A stretch of DNA of 64,000 nt from Leptolyngbya sp. ERB_1_1 (GTDB lineage Bacteria > Cyanobacteriota > Cyanobacteriia > Leptolyngbyales > Leptolyngbyaceae): positions 3,308 through 67,307 of the forward strand of contig PSLO01000009.1 of NCBI GenBank assembly GCA_040289665.1. The letters are read 5' to 3'. Below, in pieces: positions 29,171 through 41,962 of the stretch (its first letter is position 1; each line of letters opens with the position of its first letter). A program made the translations under genes and the position numbers. The notes beneath the pieces were generated by a model that was given only the letters and a program-made list of their open reading frames with translations, searched no databases and was not told where the DNA came from.

Positions 29171-30115
29171 GTGGAGAATCAAGCAAGTGGGTCTATGGAA
29201 CAGTCGAACCTGTTAGAACTTGCGAAGCAAGGTGAGCCAACTGCGATCGCAGCGTTGATGAATGCGGTGTTGTCCCCCAAAGGCATTACGGCACACGCAG
29301 GAATGGAGCAGGACTGTTTGTGTATCTTGTTAGAGTCTCAAAAGCCGCTCAATCAAGAGACGCTTTTGGCGTTTATTCAGAAAGGATTACAAGAGTTGGG
29401 CAATGACTCAATTCGTTTGGTTCGGACACAAGCTCAGACGATCGGAGAAGAGGGCTTTGCTTGGACACGAGAATTTTCGCTGCGATCGTCTGAGCCTTCT
29501 ACTCGTGTCGCAACGCTAACTCCCCCGGTTGAAGCCGAGGAGGAAGACAGCGAGGACGAGGAAGAAGAACTAGACGACGAATCGCTGTCGTTTCGAGGAT
29601 GGCTGAAAACCCGGTGGCGTGTGTATGCGATTCCGGTTGCGCTGGTGGTGATTGGTGGATTTATTGCGGGTGGAACGACTGCGTTTTGGTCAACTGCGAA
29701 AAGTCAGTCGCAAAATTCTTTAGAAACCGTGCTCAAGCCGCGTCAAGATAGCGCAGAAGCGAAACAGAAAGAGGCAGAAACCTATCTCAAAGCGATGATT
29801 TCAGCCCAGGAGAATTTTTATCAGCAGAAAAAACGTTTTGCCACTAGCTTAGAGGAATTAGAGCGATCGGCAAGCCTGATTTCTCAAAGCTACAGTTATG
29901 CTTACCGCTTGCGAGTGGGAACAGATTCGGTGATTGGTGCGATACCGCGCGAGAGCGATCTAAAAAGCTATATCGGTACTGTAACGATCACCCTATCGGG
30001 GACAGATAGTTTAATCTGTCGCTCTTTGAAGCCATCGGTACAGGCTCCCGAAAAGCCGAAAGCGGTCAAAGGAAGCAAGACACTCGCTTGTCCTGCTCGA
30101 TCGCAAAAAATCTAA
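29171..30115 (+). CDS. Membrane protein with C-terminal type IV pilin-like (G/H family) domain
   Basis: N-terminal [18 protein letters not shown] domain, acidic linker, TM ([17 protein letters not shown]), then [20 protein letters not shown]...RFATSLEEL pilin-like helix and a C-terminal Cys pair. Confidence 0.65.
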   Translation: MENQASGSMEQSNLLELAKQGEPTAIAALMNAVLSPKGITAHAGMEQDCLCILLESQKPLNQETLLAFIQKGLQELGNDSIRLVRTQAQTIGEEGFAWTREFSLRSSEPSTRVATLTPPVEAEEEDSEDEEEELDDESLSFRGWLKTRWRVYAIPVALVVIGGFIAGGTTAFWSTAKSQSQNSLETVLKPRQDSAEAKQKEAETYLKAMISAQENFYQQKKRFATSLEELERSASLISQSYSYAYRLRVGTDSVIGAIPRESDLKSYIGTVTITLSGTDSLICRSLKPSVQAPEKPKAVKGSKTLACPARSQKI

Positions 30116-32043
30116 TTTGATTTTACATTCAATGAGCTTGTCAACCCCTCCGTAGAGCGACGCGCTTGCACTTCAAGATAAACGAGTAGCGCATTCACAT
30201 CCGCGGGGTTGACTCCACCGATTCGGGTTGCTTGCCCGATCGTGAGTGGACGCACCTTAGAGAGCTTTTCGCGGGCTTCTTTTGAGAGCGTTTCAATTTC
30301 GTTGTAGTTTAGCGTTTCTGAAAGTTTGCGATTTTCTTGGCGGCTGATTTGATCAATTTGATGTTGTTGGCGCTGAATATAGCCTGAATATTTGATATCG
30401 ATCTCTGCGCCTTCTTTTTCAGCACTGTTTAAGCTAGTGTTACCTAAACTGTAACGTTCGAGATCAAGATAGTGAAGTCCAGGACGACGTAAAAGTTCAG
30501 CCAGCGTGATCGATCCTTTGATCGCTTGTTGGGTCGTTTGTATGATCGCTTTTCCAATCTCATCGTGTTCTTTAATGCGTGTTTCATGCAGCCGTTCTTT
30601 TTCTGCGGCAATGTTTTCTTGCTTTTGAGTGAACAACGTCCAGCGTCGATCGTCAATTAATCCAATTTCGCGCCCCAATGGTGTAAGGCGTTGATCCGCA
30701 TTATCAGAGCGCAAGATTAATCGGTATTCCGATCGAGAAGTCAACATCCGATAAGGTTCGCGCAGATCCTTCGTGCAAAGATCATCAATTAATGTGCCAA
30801 TATAGCTTTGTTCACGCGGGAAGATCACCATCTCTTGGTTACGGCAGAACCTTGCTGCATTGATTCCAGCTACCAATCCTTGAGCCGCTGCTTCTTCATA
30901 CCCCGTTGTACCATTGATTTGTCCAGCACAAAATAGACCATTGATTTTTTTAGTCATCAAGGTCGGGTAACACTGAGTTGCAGGAAGATAATCGTATTCC
31001 ACAGCATATGCAGGGCGAAGCATTGCACAGTTTTCTAAACCGGGAAGAGATCGCAACATTTGGAGTTGAACTTTTTCGGGTAGTCCGGTTGAGAAGCCTT
31101 GAATGTAAAGCTCTGGAATGTCGCGTCCTTCGGGTTCGATAAAGATCTGATGGCTCTCTTTATCGGCAAACCGCACGATCTTATCTTCGATGCTGGGACA
31201 GTACCGAGGTCCTTTCGCATCGACCCAACCTCCATACACAGGCGATAAATGCAAATTCTCGCGGATAATGCGATGAGTTTCTGCGGTTGTGCGGGTCAAA
31301 TGACAATCCATTGTTTCTCGTTCGACCCAAACTTCTGGATCAAAGCTAAACCAGCGCACTTCCGCATCACTCGACTGACGTTCTAGGACATCAAAATTGA
31401 CCGATCGACGATCAACCCGCGCCGGGGTTCCCGTTTTCAACCGCCCCGTTTCAAATCCGAATCGATTCAGCGTCTCGGTTAACCCGATCGCCGCAAATTC
31501 TCCAGCGCGTCCTGCATCCATCGATTTGTTGCCGACCCAAATCTTCCCGCCGAGAAATGTTCCCGTCGTCAGCACTACCGCTTTGCACTCAAACGCCACC
31601 CCGAAGTAAGTTTCTACTCCAATCACTCGATCGTTTGCATCCAAAACCAGATCCGTTGCCATGCCTTCACGGATCGTCAAGTTTTCCTGATTTTCAACGA
31701 TGTTTTTCATTACCGCTGCGTATTCGCGCTTATCCGTCTGTGCCCGCAATGCCCACACCGCAGGACCGCGAGACGAATTGAGAATTCGCTTTTGCAGATA
31801 AGTTCGATCCGCCATTTTGCCAATCTCACCGCCCAACGCATCCGCTTCGTGTACCAGTTGAGATTTTGCAGGACCTCCAACCGCTGGATTACAAGGTTGC
31901 CAAGCGATTTTGTCGAGATTTAAGGTGAGCAGCAAAGTTCGACAGCCTAAACGAGCGGTTGCGAGCGCTGCCTCACATCCCGCGTGTCCGGCTCCCACGA
32001 CAACCACTTCATACGAATCAAGAAACTCTACAGGCGTGCTCAT
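30112..32043 (-). CDS. mnmG: tRNA uridine-5-carboxymethylaminomethyl modification enzyme MnmG (GidA)
   Basis: [55 protein letters not shown]. Confidence 0.97.
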   Translation of the reverse strand: MSTPVEFLDSYEVVVVGAGHAGCEAALATARLGCRTLLLTLNLDKIAWQPCNPAVGGPAKSQLVHEADALGGEIGKMADRTYLQKRILNSSRGPAVWALRAQTDKREYAAVMKNIVENQENLTIREGMATDLVLDANDRVIGVETYFGVAFECKAVVLTTGTFLGGKIWVGNKSMDAGRAGEFAAIGLTETLNRFGFETGRLKTGTPARVDRRSVNFDVLERQSSDAEVRWFSFDPEVWVERETMDCHLTRTTAETHRIIRENLHLSPVYGGWVDAKGPRYCPSIEDKIVRFADKESHQIFIEPEGRDIPELYIQGFSTGLPEKVQLQMLRSLPGLENCAMLRPAYAVEYDYLPATQCYPTLMTKKINGLFCAGQINGTTGYEEAAAQGLVAGINAARFCRNQEMVIFPREQSYIGTLIDDLCTKDLREPYRMLTSRSEYRLILRSDNADQRLTPLGREIGLIDDRRWTLFTQKQENIAAEKERLHETRIKEHDEIGKAIIQTTQQAIKGSITLAELLRRPGLHYLDLERYSLGNTSLNSAEKEGAEIDIKYSGYIQRQQHQIDQISRQENRKLSETLNYNEIETLSKEAREKLSKVRPLTIGQATRIGGVNPADVNALLVYLEVQARRSTEGLTSSLNVKSN

Positions 32044-32157
32044 ACTTTATCGGCGATCGGTGCAACTTCTATTTTAGAGGGCAACTTGAAACTCAAGCAG
32101 GATACCGGGAATGTTAAAGAAACCTAGAATTATCAATAAAAATCAGATATTCTAATA

Positions 32158-32171
32158 AGTACAATTGTTCT
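32158..32171 (+). promoter_or_regulatory. Cyanobacterial LexA box upstream of the lexA paralogue
   Basis: AGTAC-AAT-TGTTCT matches the cyanobacterial consensus RGTAC-NNN-DGTWCB exactly and ends 8 nt before the ATG. Confidence 0.75.
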
Positions 32172-32179
32172 AAATCGTT

Positions 32180-32812
32180 ATGACTGAGCTATCGCCCCCC
32201 AAACAAAAGCTTTTAGACTGGCTCGAAGATTATATCGATCGATATCATTCTGTGCCGTCCTACGGTGAGATGGCAGAAGCTTTAGGCTACAAATCCAAGG
32301 ACACGATTCGATTTCATCTCACGGATCTGAGAAATGCGGGGTATGTCGCTTGGAAAGAAGGAGCCGTGAAATCGTTAGTGATTTGTAAACCTCGATCGCG
32401 CAATATCCCGATTCTGGGCGTGATTGCAGCGGGGGGACTAGTGGAAACGTTTGCTGATTCTGATGTGGATGAGTATGTTGATGTTTCAACTCTGCCTCAT
32501 TTTGTTGGAAAACGGCGGCATCAAATGAGCCAGTATTTTGCGCTGCGAGTACGAGGGGATAGCATGATTGGGGCTGCGATCGCGGACGGTGATATTGTGA
32601 TTTTGCGAAAAGAATCACAGCCAAACACGATTAAAAACGGCGAAATTGTTGCGGCACGATTTGAAACTCAAACGACATTGAAGCATTTGTTTTGGAGTGG
32701 CGATCAGATTATCTTGCAGCCTGCAAATCCGAGCTATCCGGTGATTGAGAGACAGGCAGAAGAAGTCGCGATCGAAGGTGTATTCGTTGGGTTGGTGCGG
32801 GGGTTGGTTTGA
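32180..32812 (+). CDS. lexA: LexA-family repressor, divergent paralogue (intact Ala-Gly, Ser, Lys; atypical recognition helix)
   Basis: Winged helix (PSYGEMAEALGYKSKDTIRFHLTDL), PILGVIAAGG cleavage loop, GDSM, TLK. Confidence 0.8.
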   Translation: MTELSPPKQKLLDWLEDYIDRYHSVPSYGEMAEALGYKSKDTIRFHLTDLRNAGYVAWKEGAVKSLVICKPRSRNIPILGVIAAGGLVETFADSDVDEYVDVSTLPHFVGKRRHQMSQYFALRVRGDSMIGAAIADGDIVILRKESQPNTIKNGEIVAARFETQTTLKHLFWSGDQIILQPANPSYPVIERQAEEVAIEGVFVGLVRGLV

Positions 32813-32901
32813 TTGAAATCACCTTTTGTTTAACTCTCAAGACAGAGATTTTACGCGACCGGAACTGAAACAATAGAGCAGCAATTCTCAGAGTTTGTGC
32901 T

Positions 32902-33798
32902 ATGTCTTTCAGTTTTTTGGATTTGCTCTGGATATTCTTCCTTTTTTCTTCGCTGCAACCGCTTTGGCAACGCAGACAAACCGAGATGCGGCGCTACAAC
33001 ACTCTAAAAAACATTGAACGTAAGCGAAATAGCCGCGTGATTCTGCTGATACATCGTCAAGAGTCGATTAGTTTATTGGGCATTCCGCTTTCTCGCTACA
33101 TCACGCTCGAAGACTCTGAACAAATCCTCCGCGCGATTCGCTTCACCCCGCCGGATGTGCCGATCGATCTGATTTTGCACACTCCGGGTGGACTCGTACT
33201 CGCAACCGAACAAATCGCCCGCGCTTTAATTCGCCATCCTGCAAAAGTAACGGTCTATGTTCCGCACTACGCAATGAGTGGTGGCACGATGCTGGCATTA
33301 GCAGCAGATGAAATTGTGATGGATGCGAATGCGGTGTTAGGTCCAGTCGATCCGCAGTTAGGTAACTTCCCCGCAGCGAGTGTTTTGAAAGTTGTAGAAG
33401 ATAAACCAATCGGTGATATTGACGATCAGACTTTGATCATGGCGGACTTGTCGCGCAAAGCGATCGCCCAAGTTCAGCGCTTTGTCCGAACACTACTGAA
33501 CGATACGGTTCCGAAGCCGAAGATTGCACCTGAGAAAGTTGAAGCGATCATTGATGCGCTCACCACTGGAAGAGTTACCCACGATTATCCGATTACTGTC
33601 GAGGAAGCTTCAGAGCTAGGGCTACCGATCACCGTGGGACTCGATCGAGCAATCTATGATCTAATGGAATTGTATCCGCAACCTCAAGGCGGTCGTCCTT
33701 CAGTGCAATATATCCCGCTGCCGTATGAGCGTCGTCCTTCACTGCCAGAGCCGAAAGGCAGACCGTTGCAAGAAGCAGCGCGACCGCAGATGGATTAA
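32902..33798 (+). CDS. SDH-family ClpP-fold serine protease
   Basis: LIHRQE, DLILHTPGG, YAMSGGT (Ser), LGPVDPQ, THDYPI (His). Confidence 0.85.
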   Translation: MSFSFLDLLWIFFLFSSLQPLWQRRQTEMRRYNTLKNIERKRNSRVILLIHRQESISLLGIPLSRYITLEDSEQILRAIRFTPPDVPIDLILHTPGGLVLATEQIARALIRHPAKVTVYVPHYAMSGGTMLALAADEIVMDANAVLGPVDPQLGNFPAASVLKVVEDKPIGDIDDQTLIMADLSRKAIAQVQRFVRTLLNDTVPKPKIAPEKVEAIIDALTTGRVTHDYPITVEEASELGLPITVGLDRAIYDLMELYPQPQGGRPSVQYIPLPYERRPSLPEPKGRPLQEAARPQMD

Positions 33799-33862
33799 GC
33801 TCAGCAGCGTAGGCCGCTGCGTTTGCGAATTCATAAACGTAGCGGAAACCTCACATTCAAAC

Positions 33863-34798
33863 CTACAACACTTTTGATCGCAACCAAGAAATGGGTAACA
33901 GCGTCATTTTCCGCACTCCAGGTACATACGCCCGACGATTAAAATTGTCGTAATTATTCTTCTCGATCGCATTCAAAATTCGGCTATACAGCATTAACGC
34001 CGACCAAACAGGCCAACGTGCATCTTGATTCAGCGCTCCGATTCCCCGTTCTGCCTGGGCATAAAACTTACGCGCCCGCTGAATCTGAAACTGCATCAAC
34101 GCTTTCCAACGATCGTCATTCACGCCCTTAAATAAATCATCTTCGCTATAGCCAAATAGCTCTAAATCCTCAAGCGGCAAATAGATCCGACCCCGCCGCG
34201 CATCTTCACCGACATCGCGCAGAATATTGGTTAACTGCTTCGCGACACCGAGCGCGATCGCATCATCGAGTGGTGAATATCCCGGCTCTGGACGATACCA
34301 AGGCGCAGTTGTATCCGGTTCAGCCAGCCCCATCACATTCGTTGACATTAAACCCACTGTACTGGCAACCCGATAGCAGTACAGGTACAGTTCATCGAAT
34401 GTCTCATAGCGACTGCGATAGAGATCCATGCGCTGTCCGGCAATCATATCGCGGAAGGGTTGGATCTCGATCGGGAACCGTTCTACCGTGTCTACCAAGG
34501 CGACATCGAAATCATCTTCTGGATAGCCTGCAAAGATCTTCTCTAATCGTCTTTCCCACTGATCCAACGTATCATCCGTGGCTTGCTTACCATTAAAGCC
34601 ATCCACTAACTCATCGGTGCGACGACACCAGACATAAATTGCCCAAATCGCCCGTCGCTTTTCAGTAGGAAATAACAAGGTCGCCAAGTAGAAAGACTTG
34701 GTAAAGTGTTTCATTAATTGGCGGCACTGTTCGTAAGCCTCATCGACAGAAGCCAGCGATCGTACACAGGAAGAGGGTTGTTCGGGCAATTGCAGCAT
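33863..34798 (-). CDS. crtB: Phytoene synthase
   Basis: WCRRTDELVD, YCYRVASTVGLM, QLTNILRDVGED, GRIYLP. Immediately downstream of crtP. Confidence 0.95.
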   Translation of the reverse strand: MLQLPEQPSSCVRSLASVDEAYEQCRQLMKHFTKSFYLATLLFPTEKRRAIWAIYVWCRRTDELVDGFNGKQATDDTLDQWERRLEKIFAGYPEDDFDVALVDTVERFPIEIQPFRDMIAGQRMDLYRSRYETFDELYLYCYRVASTVGLMSTNVMGLAEPDTTAPWYRPEPGYSPLDDAIALGVAKQLTNILRDVGEDARRGRIYLPLEDLELFGYSEDDLFKGVNDDRWKALMQFQIQRARKFYAQAERGIGALNQDARWPVWSALMLYSRILNAIEKNNYDNFNRRAYVPGVRKMTLLPISWLRSKVL

Positions 34799-34829
34799 TC
34801 GTAGAACAGATGGAAAGGTTGACAAAGCG

Positions 34830-36248
<1,419 letters not shown>

Positions 36249-36866
36249 CTAGTCTGTTCACCTAACTTGTGATCGACAATTCCGCTCCAATTATACGTTG
36301 CGAACCGTTACATTTTTTGACTTGCTGCGAAAACTTGGACGCAATTTTGGAGCGAAATTGAGATGAACGACGTGCCTATAATCGCCATGCTGTAAAGCTC
36401 GGATTGATCCAAAGACGACACGAGAATTACATCAATTTTTCTACTGAGTTAGGAAAATTACAAAATCTCTAATTATGCAAGATAAATCCTTCGTTCGATT
36501 TAACATCACCAGGCGATTCATCAGAAAGTCAAAAAAAATACTCAAATAATATAAAGTTAGGCTAAGATACGGAGCAGTTTCAATTAGAAACATTACACCT
36601 GCACTACTTAAACGTTTTGACTCACTGTGTAACGCTGAGTGTCAAAGGTTTTCAGAGTATGTCACTGGTTGAATGTAATGGATCGAATGGAATTCGTGTG
36701 CTTCGCTACCTTGACTGATTGAGCTTCTTTGATATGTATGTCCTGAGTAACACGGGTATATTTCCGAAGCTATCCGCCCGCTTGACTCGTTCCTGATCGC
36801 GCAAGATCGTCGCCGTTCCAAGAACCCCGGCAAAGTTTGATGTCGAATGACAGAGGAAATTGAATT

Positions 36867-38954
36867 TTGTTAGACCCGACTCCCAGTTCGCAGCGGGAAA
36901 ACGGCAGCTTTAGCCTGTCTGCAAATCCAACCGCTGCCCTTACCACTTCGCCCGACCCGAATCCTGATAGTTTGTTTCCGTCGCTCAATGTTGTTGCAGC
37001 GGCAAGCTCTACCACTTATGGAGCGATGGGACTGAAAGCGGAATACTTCAATGATGTCAACTTGACTCAGCGATCGATTATCCGCACCGATCCGACAATT
37101 GACTTCAACTGGGGCGCAGGTAGCCCCAATCAAGCGGTCAATCCAGATAATTTTTCAGTCCGCTGGACAGGTCAAATTTCGCCGCTTTATTCCGAGCCTT
37201 ACACGTTTTCAGCGGATGCAAATGATCGCATTCGCGTTTGGATTAATGATCAACTTCTCATCGATCGCTGGGATAAACCCGTTGATCTCAATTCCACCCT
37301 GAATCTTGATGCTGGACAAAACTACAACATCCGAGTGGAATACGCGGAAATTAGTGGAGACGCATCTGCAAAATTGCAGTGGTCGAGTCCCAGCCAAGCG
37401 AAGGAAGTGATTCCCCAAAATCAGCTAAAGTCGCCCTTTATCAGCACCAATACAAATCAAGGTGCAGGCTTATTTAGCGATGTTCGAGACATTAATATTA
37501 ATGATCCGACTCCGATTAACGATTCTTTGAGTCCAAGTAATCTTTCTGATTTTTACCGATTTACCCTGGCTCAATCGACTGCTATTAACGTCAGTGTTGG
37601 AAATCTAGCTGCTAATGCAGATCTAAAACTGCTCAATGAGCGGGGCGATATTATTAGCACTTCTGCCAACGATGGAACCGCGACGGAATCGATCGCCGCA
37701 GTGTTAAGTGCTGGAACATATGTGCTACAAGTGTTTGCAGGTCAGCCAGTAACGACGAACTATGTGCTAACTTCTGCGATCGCGGACACAATCCGGGAGC
37801 GTGCGAAACCTGCGGATACGTTTACTGATTCGATCGGGATTGCGACGCATTTGCGTTATAGCGATACAAGCTATGGACGCTATGAAGATATCGTCGAGCC
37901 GCGTCTACGAGAGTTGGGCATTCGACATATTCGTGATGGTGGAAACAATGAGGATATGTATGCCAAGATGCAACGACTGGCAACCTTTGGCATCAAATCC
38001 ACGCTCGTAATGGACCCGCGTGATGGTATTACTCCGGCAAATGTCGTTGAGCAGATTAAAAAAGCAGGAGCCGCTGCCGAAGCAGTGGAAGGTCCGAATG
38101 AGTGGGATGCCAATGCCGATTCGATGACCTACAAAGGTAAAACCTTTCCGGCGGGGCTACGGGAGTATCAAGCAGATTTGTATCGTGCGGTGAAAGGTGA
38201 TCCGACAACAGCGACTCTTCCTGTTTTAGCACCATCGATGGCACAGCCGGAAAATGGGAAGCAAGTCGGCTCGCTGGCTGAGTTTAGCGATTTCGGCAAT
38301 ATGCACAGCTATGCAGGCGATCGCGCTCCGGGCTATGATTTCGATCGCCGCTGGTTGCCCTTGACTCGGCAGTATGCAGGCGATCGACCCATTATCGCGA
38401 CGGAAACGGGGTATCACACCGGATTCAATCCGTCTTACCAAGGGATGACAGAACAAGTGGCAGCGAAGTACACTCCACGGACATTTCTGGAGTTTTTCAA
38501 TCGTGGTGTGAAGCGGACGTTTCTCTATGAGCTAATGGATCAGCGTTCTGCACCCGACTCGGAAAATAACTTTGGCATCATTCGCGCCGATGGAACTCCG
38601 AAGCCTGCGTTTTATGCGTTGAGGAACATGATTCGCGTGTTGAACGATACGCCTGGAAGTACAGCAAGTGGAGGGCTATCTTACTATTTCAGTGGCGACG
38701 TGAAGGATCTTCACCATACGCTGCTGCAAAAGAGCAATGGTGAGTTCTATTTGGTGATGTGGTTGAATCCTGAAAGCACAGATGCTACCAAAACTCAACG
38801 AGTCACGGTGAACCTGTTAACGCCAACGCAAGAAGCAGCAACTTTCTTACCCAATCGATCGTCTTCTGCGACTGCAACGTTTGCAACTCCGAGCCGTGTA
38901 ACGATGGATGTGCCAGATGCACCGATCATTCTGAAAGTTGTGCCAAAGGCTTAA
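36867..38954 (+). CDS. PA14 + pre-peptidase C-terminal (PPC) + clan-A glycoside hydrolase-like protein
   Basis: GLKAEYFND...NFSVRWTG (PA14), DFYRFTL...ADLKLL...ESI...LSAGTYVLQV (PPC), EGPNEW acid/base and ATETGY nucleophile-like motifs. Start codon uncertain. Confidence 0.75.
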   Translation: MLDPTPSSQRENGSFSLSANPTAALTTSPDPNPDSLFPSLNVVAAASSTTYGAMGLKAEYFNDVNLTQRSIIRTDPTIDFNWGAGSPNQAVNPDNFSVRWTGQISPLYSEPYTFSADANDRIRVWINDQLLIDRWDKPVDLNSTLNLDAGQNYNIRVEYAEISGDASAKLQWSSPSQAKEVIPQNQLKSPFISTNTNQGAGLFSDVRDININDPTPINDSLSPSNLSDFYRFTLAQSTAINVSVGNLAANADLKLLNERGDIISTSANDGTATESIAAVLSAGTYVLQVFAGQPVTTNYVLTSAIADTIRERAKPADTFTDSIGIATHLRYSDTSYGRYEDIVEPRLRELGIRHIRDGGNNEDMYAKMQRLATFGIKSTLVMDPRDGITPANVVEQIKKAGAAAEAVEGPNEWDANADSMTYKGKTFPAGLREYQADLYRAVKGDPTTATLPVLAPSMAQPENGKQVGSLAEFSDFGNMHSYAGDRAPGYDFDRRWLPLTRQYAGDRPIIATETGYHTGFNPSYQGMTEQVAAKYTPRTFLEFFNRGVKRTFLYELMDQRSAPDSENNFGIIRADGTPKPAFYALRNMIRVLNDTPGSTASGGLSYYFSGDVKDLHHTLLQKSNGEFYLVMWLNPESTDATKTQRVTVNLLTPTQEAATFLPNRSSSATATFATPSRVTMDVPDAPIILKVVPKA

Positions 38955-39246
38955 GCTTAGGACTGTACGAGAAATTGGGGCGGTACGATTTGTATCGCCC
39001 CAATTTGAATTTGCAAAAAAACTAGATTAATTTGATCGCGCGGAAGGTAAAGAACAATCCGTAAGCGAGTGCGATCGCGCCACCAACGAGCAAGAAGTAA
39101 GCAATCACTGCCGACATAAATGTTGTCTCCTAAGATTCCTAACAAAACTATACAGAAAAACGCAGTTCGATTGATCGCTTGATCTCGCTCGATCGCTTGA
39201 TAAGATCAACCTCATTCAACCTCTACGCTGTTTTTGAGAGCGCCTC

Positions 39247-40347
39247 ATGCCGTCTGTTATTCCCGTTTCGCTACCCCAAAATTCTTACAACATTGCGATC
39301 GCCTCGATCGATGAAATTGGTGATCAGATGCAAGCACTGACAAAGCTCGGCAAAAAGGCAATGATTGTCTCAAATCCAGTCATTTTTAAGCACTACGGTC
39401 AGCGCGTGCTCGATGCCCTGACGCAAGCGGGATTTACGGTCAGTTCTTGTATTCTGCCTGCGGGAGAGCGCTACAAAACCCCGACCACGCTGCAAAAAAT
39501 CTATGATGCTGCGTTAGAAAATCGACTAGAGCGATCGTCGGTGATGGTGGCATTAGGCGGGGGTGTCGTCGGTGACATGACCGGATTTGCCGCAGCAACC
39601 TGGCTTCGGGGAATTCATGTAGTGCAAGTTCCAACAACGCTGCTGGCAATGGTTGATGCGGCGATCGGTGGAAAAACTGGGGTGAATCATCCGAACGGCA
39701 AGAATTTAATCGGTGCATTTCATCAACCGCGATTGGTTCTGATTGATCCGCAAGTTCTGAAAACGCTGCCTTCGAGAGAATTTCGAGCCGCGATCGCAGA
39801 AGTGATCAAATACGGCATTATCTGGGATGCGGAACTGTTTGAGATGCTAGAACGGGCGAAACGATTGGATCAGATTCGAGCCGTTGGGGATGAACTGGTT
39901 TACGAAATGCTGGTGCGATCGGCGCAAGCAAAAGCCCATGTGGTCAGCAAAGATGAGAAAGAATCGGGACTGCGGGAAATCCTCAACTACGGGCATACAA
40001 TCGGACACGCAATCGAAAGTCTGACGAATTATCGCGTCGTGAATCACGGTGAAGGCGTTGCGATCGGCATGATGGCAGCGGGATTGATTGCGGTTGAGAT
40101 GGGACTGTGGGATCAAGGAGAATGCGATCGGCAAAAAGTTTTGATCGAAAAAGCAGGTTTACCGACTTGCATTCCTGTCGAGTGCGATCGATCTGAAATT
40201 TTGCCGACGCTGCAAGCGGATAAAAAAGTGAGAGATGGAAAAGTTCGATTTGTCCTACCGCGCCAAATTGGGACGGTGATTGTTACCGATCAGGTTGAAC
40301 CGGATGTAATTCAAACGGTGGTCGATCGACTACAGAGCAAATCTTGA
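39247..40347 (+). CDS. aroB: 3-dehydroquinate synthase
   Basis: [44 protein letters not shown]. Confidence 0.97.
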   Translation: MPSVIPVSLPQNSYNIAIASIDEIGDQMQALTKLGKKAMIVSNPVIFKHYGQRVLDALTQAGFTVSSCILPAGERYKTPTTLQKIYDAALENRLERSSVMVALGGGVVGDMTGFAAATWLRGIHVVQVPTTLLAMVDAAIGGKTGVNHPNGKNLIGAFHQPRLVLIDPQVLKTLPSREFRAAIAEVIKYGIIWDAELFEMLERAKRLDQIRAVGDELVYEMLVRSAQAKAHVVSKDEKESGLREILNYGHTIGHAIESLTNYRVVNHGEGVAIGMMAAGLIAVEMGLWDQGECDRQKVLIEKAGLPTCIPVECDRSEILPTLQADKKVRDGKVRFVLPRQIGTVIVTDQVEPDVIQTVVDRLQSKS

Positions 40348-40460
40348 TTCAAGATTCGTATATTCTCTACCCGGTTCGCGAGCGCTAAGGATTGCGGATT
40401 CAATCAATTCTGATGATTACCGAGCGAATTCAATTCGCCGGGTTTATTAAATTCACGCTC

Positions 40461-41876
40461 CTACGGCAATAATTCCTGTCGCAATCGATAGATGATCGTT
40501 TTTGCGTCAACTTGATTGAGAATTTCACGAATCACCGTGTTTGCTCCCTGTGCGCCCCAAGTGCAGCCATTTTCTAGATAAACTTGCGCTGCCCGTCCCA
40601 CCGAATACGATCCATATCCTGCAATCCCAGCTTGAACGATCGCCGTTCCCGCCAGTGCCGACATTCCAGCACTGCCATCTACGCCAGTCGCCAATGCCGC
40701 CGCACTTTTTCCCATTCCGAGCAGAATTCCGCTACCAATCTCACCCAGTAGCAAACCGCCTGAACTCAGCAGAATTGTATTCAATAGCTTTCCTGCCTCG
40801 TAGCGCGTCATCGGCAATCCGTACAAATTTGCTAACGCCTGAATCATTGCCAAATCTGAAACTGCACCGCCGATCAAATCGAGAACCGCGATCGGGTTTA
40901 GTGCAATGGCGATCGCTTTATAGCGCGTGAACTTCCAAATCAACGCTTCGGCTTCGGTGTTTCGCAGTTCCATCACTTTTGTCGCGATTTCCGCTTCTGC
41001 GGTTCTGGCTTGTGTTAAAGCGTTGAGAGCTAATAGCGATCGACCTTCTCGATTCAAAATCGTCAGAATTTTCGATTTCAATTCTTCGATCTGCGGCGGT
41101 GGAGTTTCCCATTCGTAACTCACTCGCCCATCTGGATATTCGACTCGCATTTGTAGCGGTGCGGGTTCGGCTGCGACCATCACAATCTCATCCGAAGTTA
41201 GAAGCTGCTCTAGTTGTTCGCCACTAGCTGTTCTACTTCCTAAAGTTTGAAGATTGTGATAGATATCTTGTCGCGATTGATCCGGATAAAGATCCACTTT
41301 GTTAAACACTAAAATCAACGGCTTTTGAGCCTGACGAAGATCACAAAGCGCTTTATATTCAGTTCGCGTGATATCTCCAGAAATGACAAACAAAATCAGA
41401 TCAGCTTGTCGTGCGACATCTTGTGCCATATCTGCCCGCGCCTGCCCATCAATTTCGTCTAATCCAGGCGTATCAATCAATTCAACCCGAATCTTGCTCG
41501 AAGATTCGGGCACGATCGACGAACTTGCTTCAGAGACCAGTCCTCCCGATGGCGACCATGTGACCAACCTTGGTGCTTGTGTCACGCCGTTCAAAGGACC
41601 TGTTTCAAACACCTTCTCACCCATCAGCGCGTTTAGAATTGCCGATTTTCCTCGACTGACTAAACCAAACACTGCAATTCTCAGAACGTATTGATCAAGC
41701 TTTTTCAAATTGCTTGAAATCGTTTCGAGTTCCGATTTCAGGGCAGATTCTAAAGTGGGACTTTTAGCAGATCGTAGAAACTGCGAATAGTTTGTGAACG
41801 CTTGTCGCAAACTTGCCCGCGCTCGATTGAGATGAGATTCCTGTGGATTAGGGCGATTAGAAGAGGCTTGACTCAA
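40461..41876 (-). CDS. Era-like GTP-binding protein with DUF697 C-terminal region
   Basis: GLVSRGKS (G1), DTPG (G3), NKVD (G4), then a Gly/Ala-rich hydrophobic C-terminal region. Confidence 0.85.
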   Translation of the reverse strand: MSQASSNRPNPQESHLNRARASLRQAFTNYSQFLRSAKSPTLESALKSELETISSNLKKLDQYVLRIAVFGLVSRGKSAILNALMGEKVFETGPLNGVTQAPRLVTWSPSGGLVSEASSSIVPESSSKIRVELIDTPGLDEIDGQARADMAQDVARQADLILFVISGDITRTEYKALCDLRQAQKPLILVFNKVDLYPDQSRQDIYHNLQTLGSRTASGEQLEQLLTSDEIVMVAAEPAPLQMRVEYPDGRVSYEWETPPPQIEELKSKILTILNREGRSLLALNALTQARTAEAEIATKVMELRNTEAEALIWKFTRYKAIAIALNPIAVLDLIGGAVSDLAMIQALANLYGLPMTRYEAGKLLNTILLSSGGLLLGEIGSGILLGMGKSAAALATGVDGSAGMSALAGTAIVQAGIAGYGSYSVGRAAQVYLENGCTWGAQGANTVIREILNQVDAKTIIYRLRQELLP

Positions 41877-41962
41877 GGCAATTTAGACCAACGGCATCGT
41901 ATTCCTATTCTCGATCAAATTTGCCAAAGTCGGCAGTGCGGTCAACCCAATCTCGCCGCATC

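Noticed and set aside
36615-36647. Imperfect inverted repeat TTTGACTCA...TGAGTGTCAAA in the crtP/GH spacer
   Set aside because: Single bulged hairpin with no match to a motif I can name; not enough to call a site or RNA.
38957-39145. 62-aa minus-strand ORF between the glycoside hydrolase gene and aroB
   Set aside because: TTG start, no RBS and no recognisable motif; cannot be supported without expression data.
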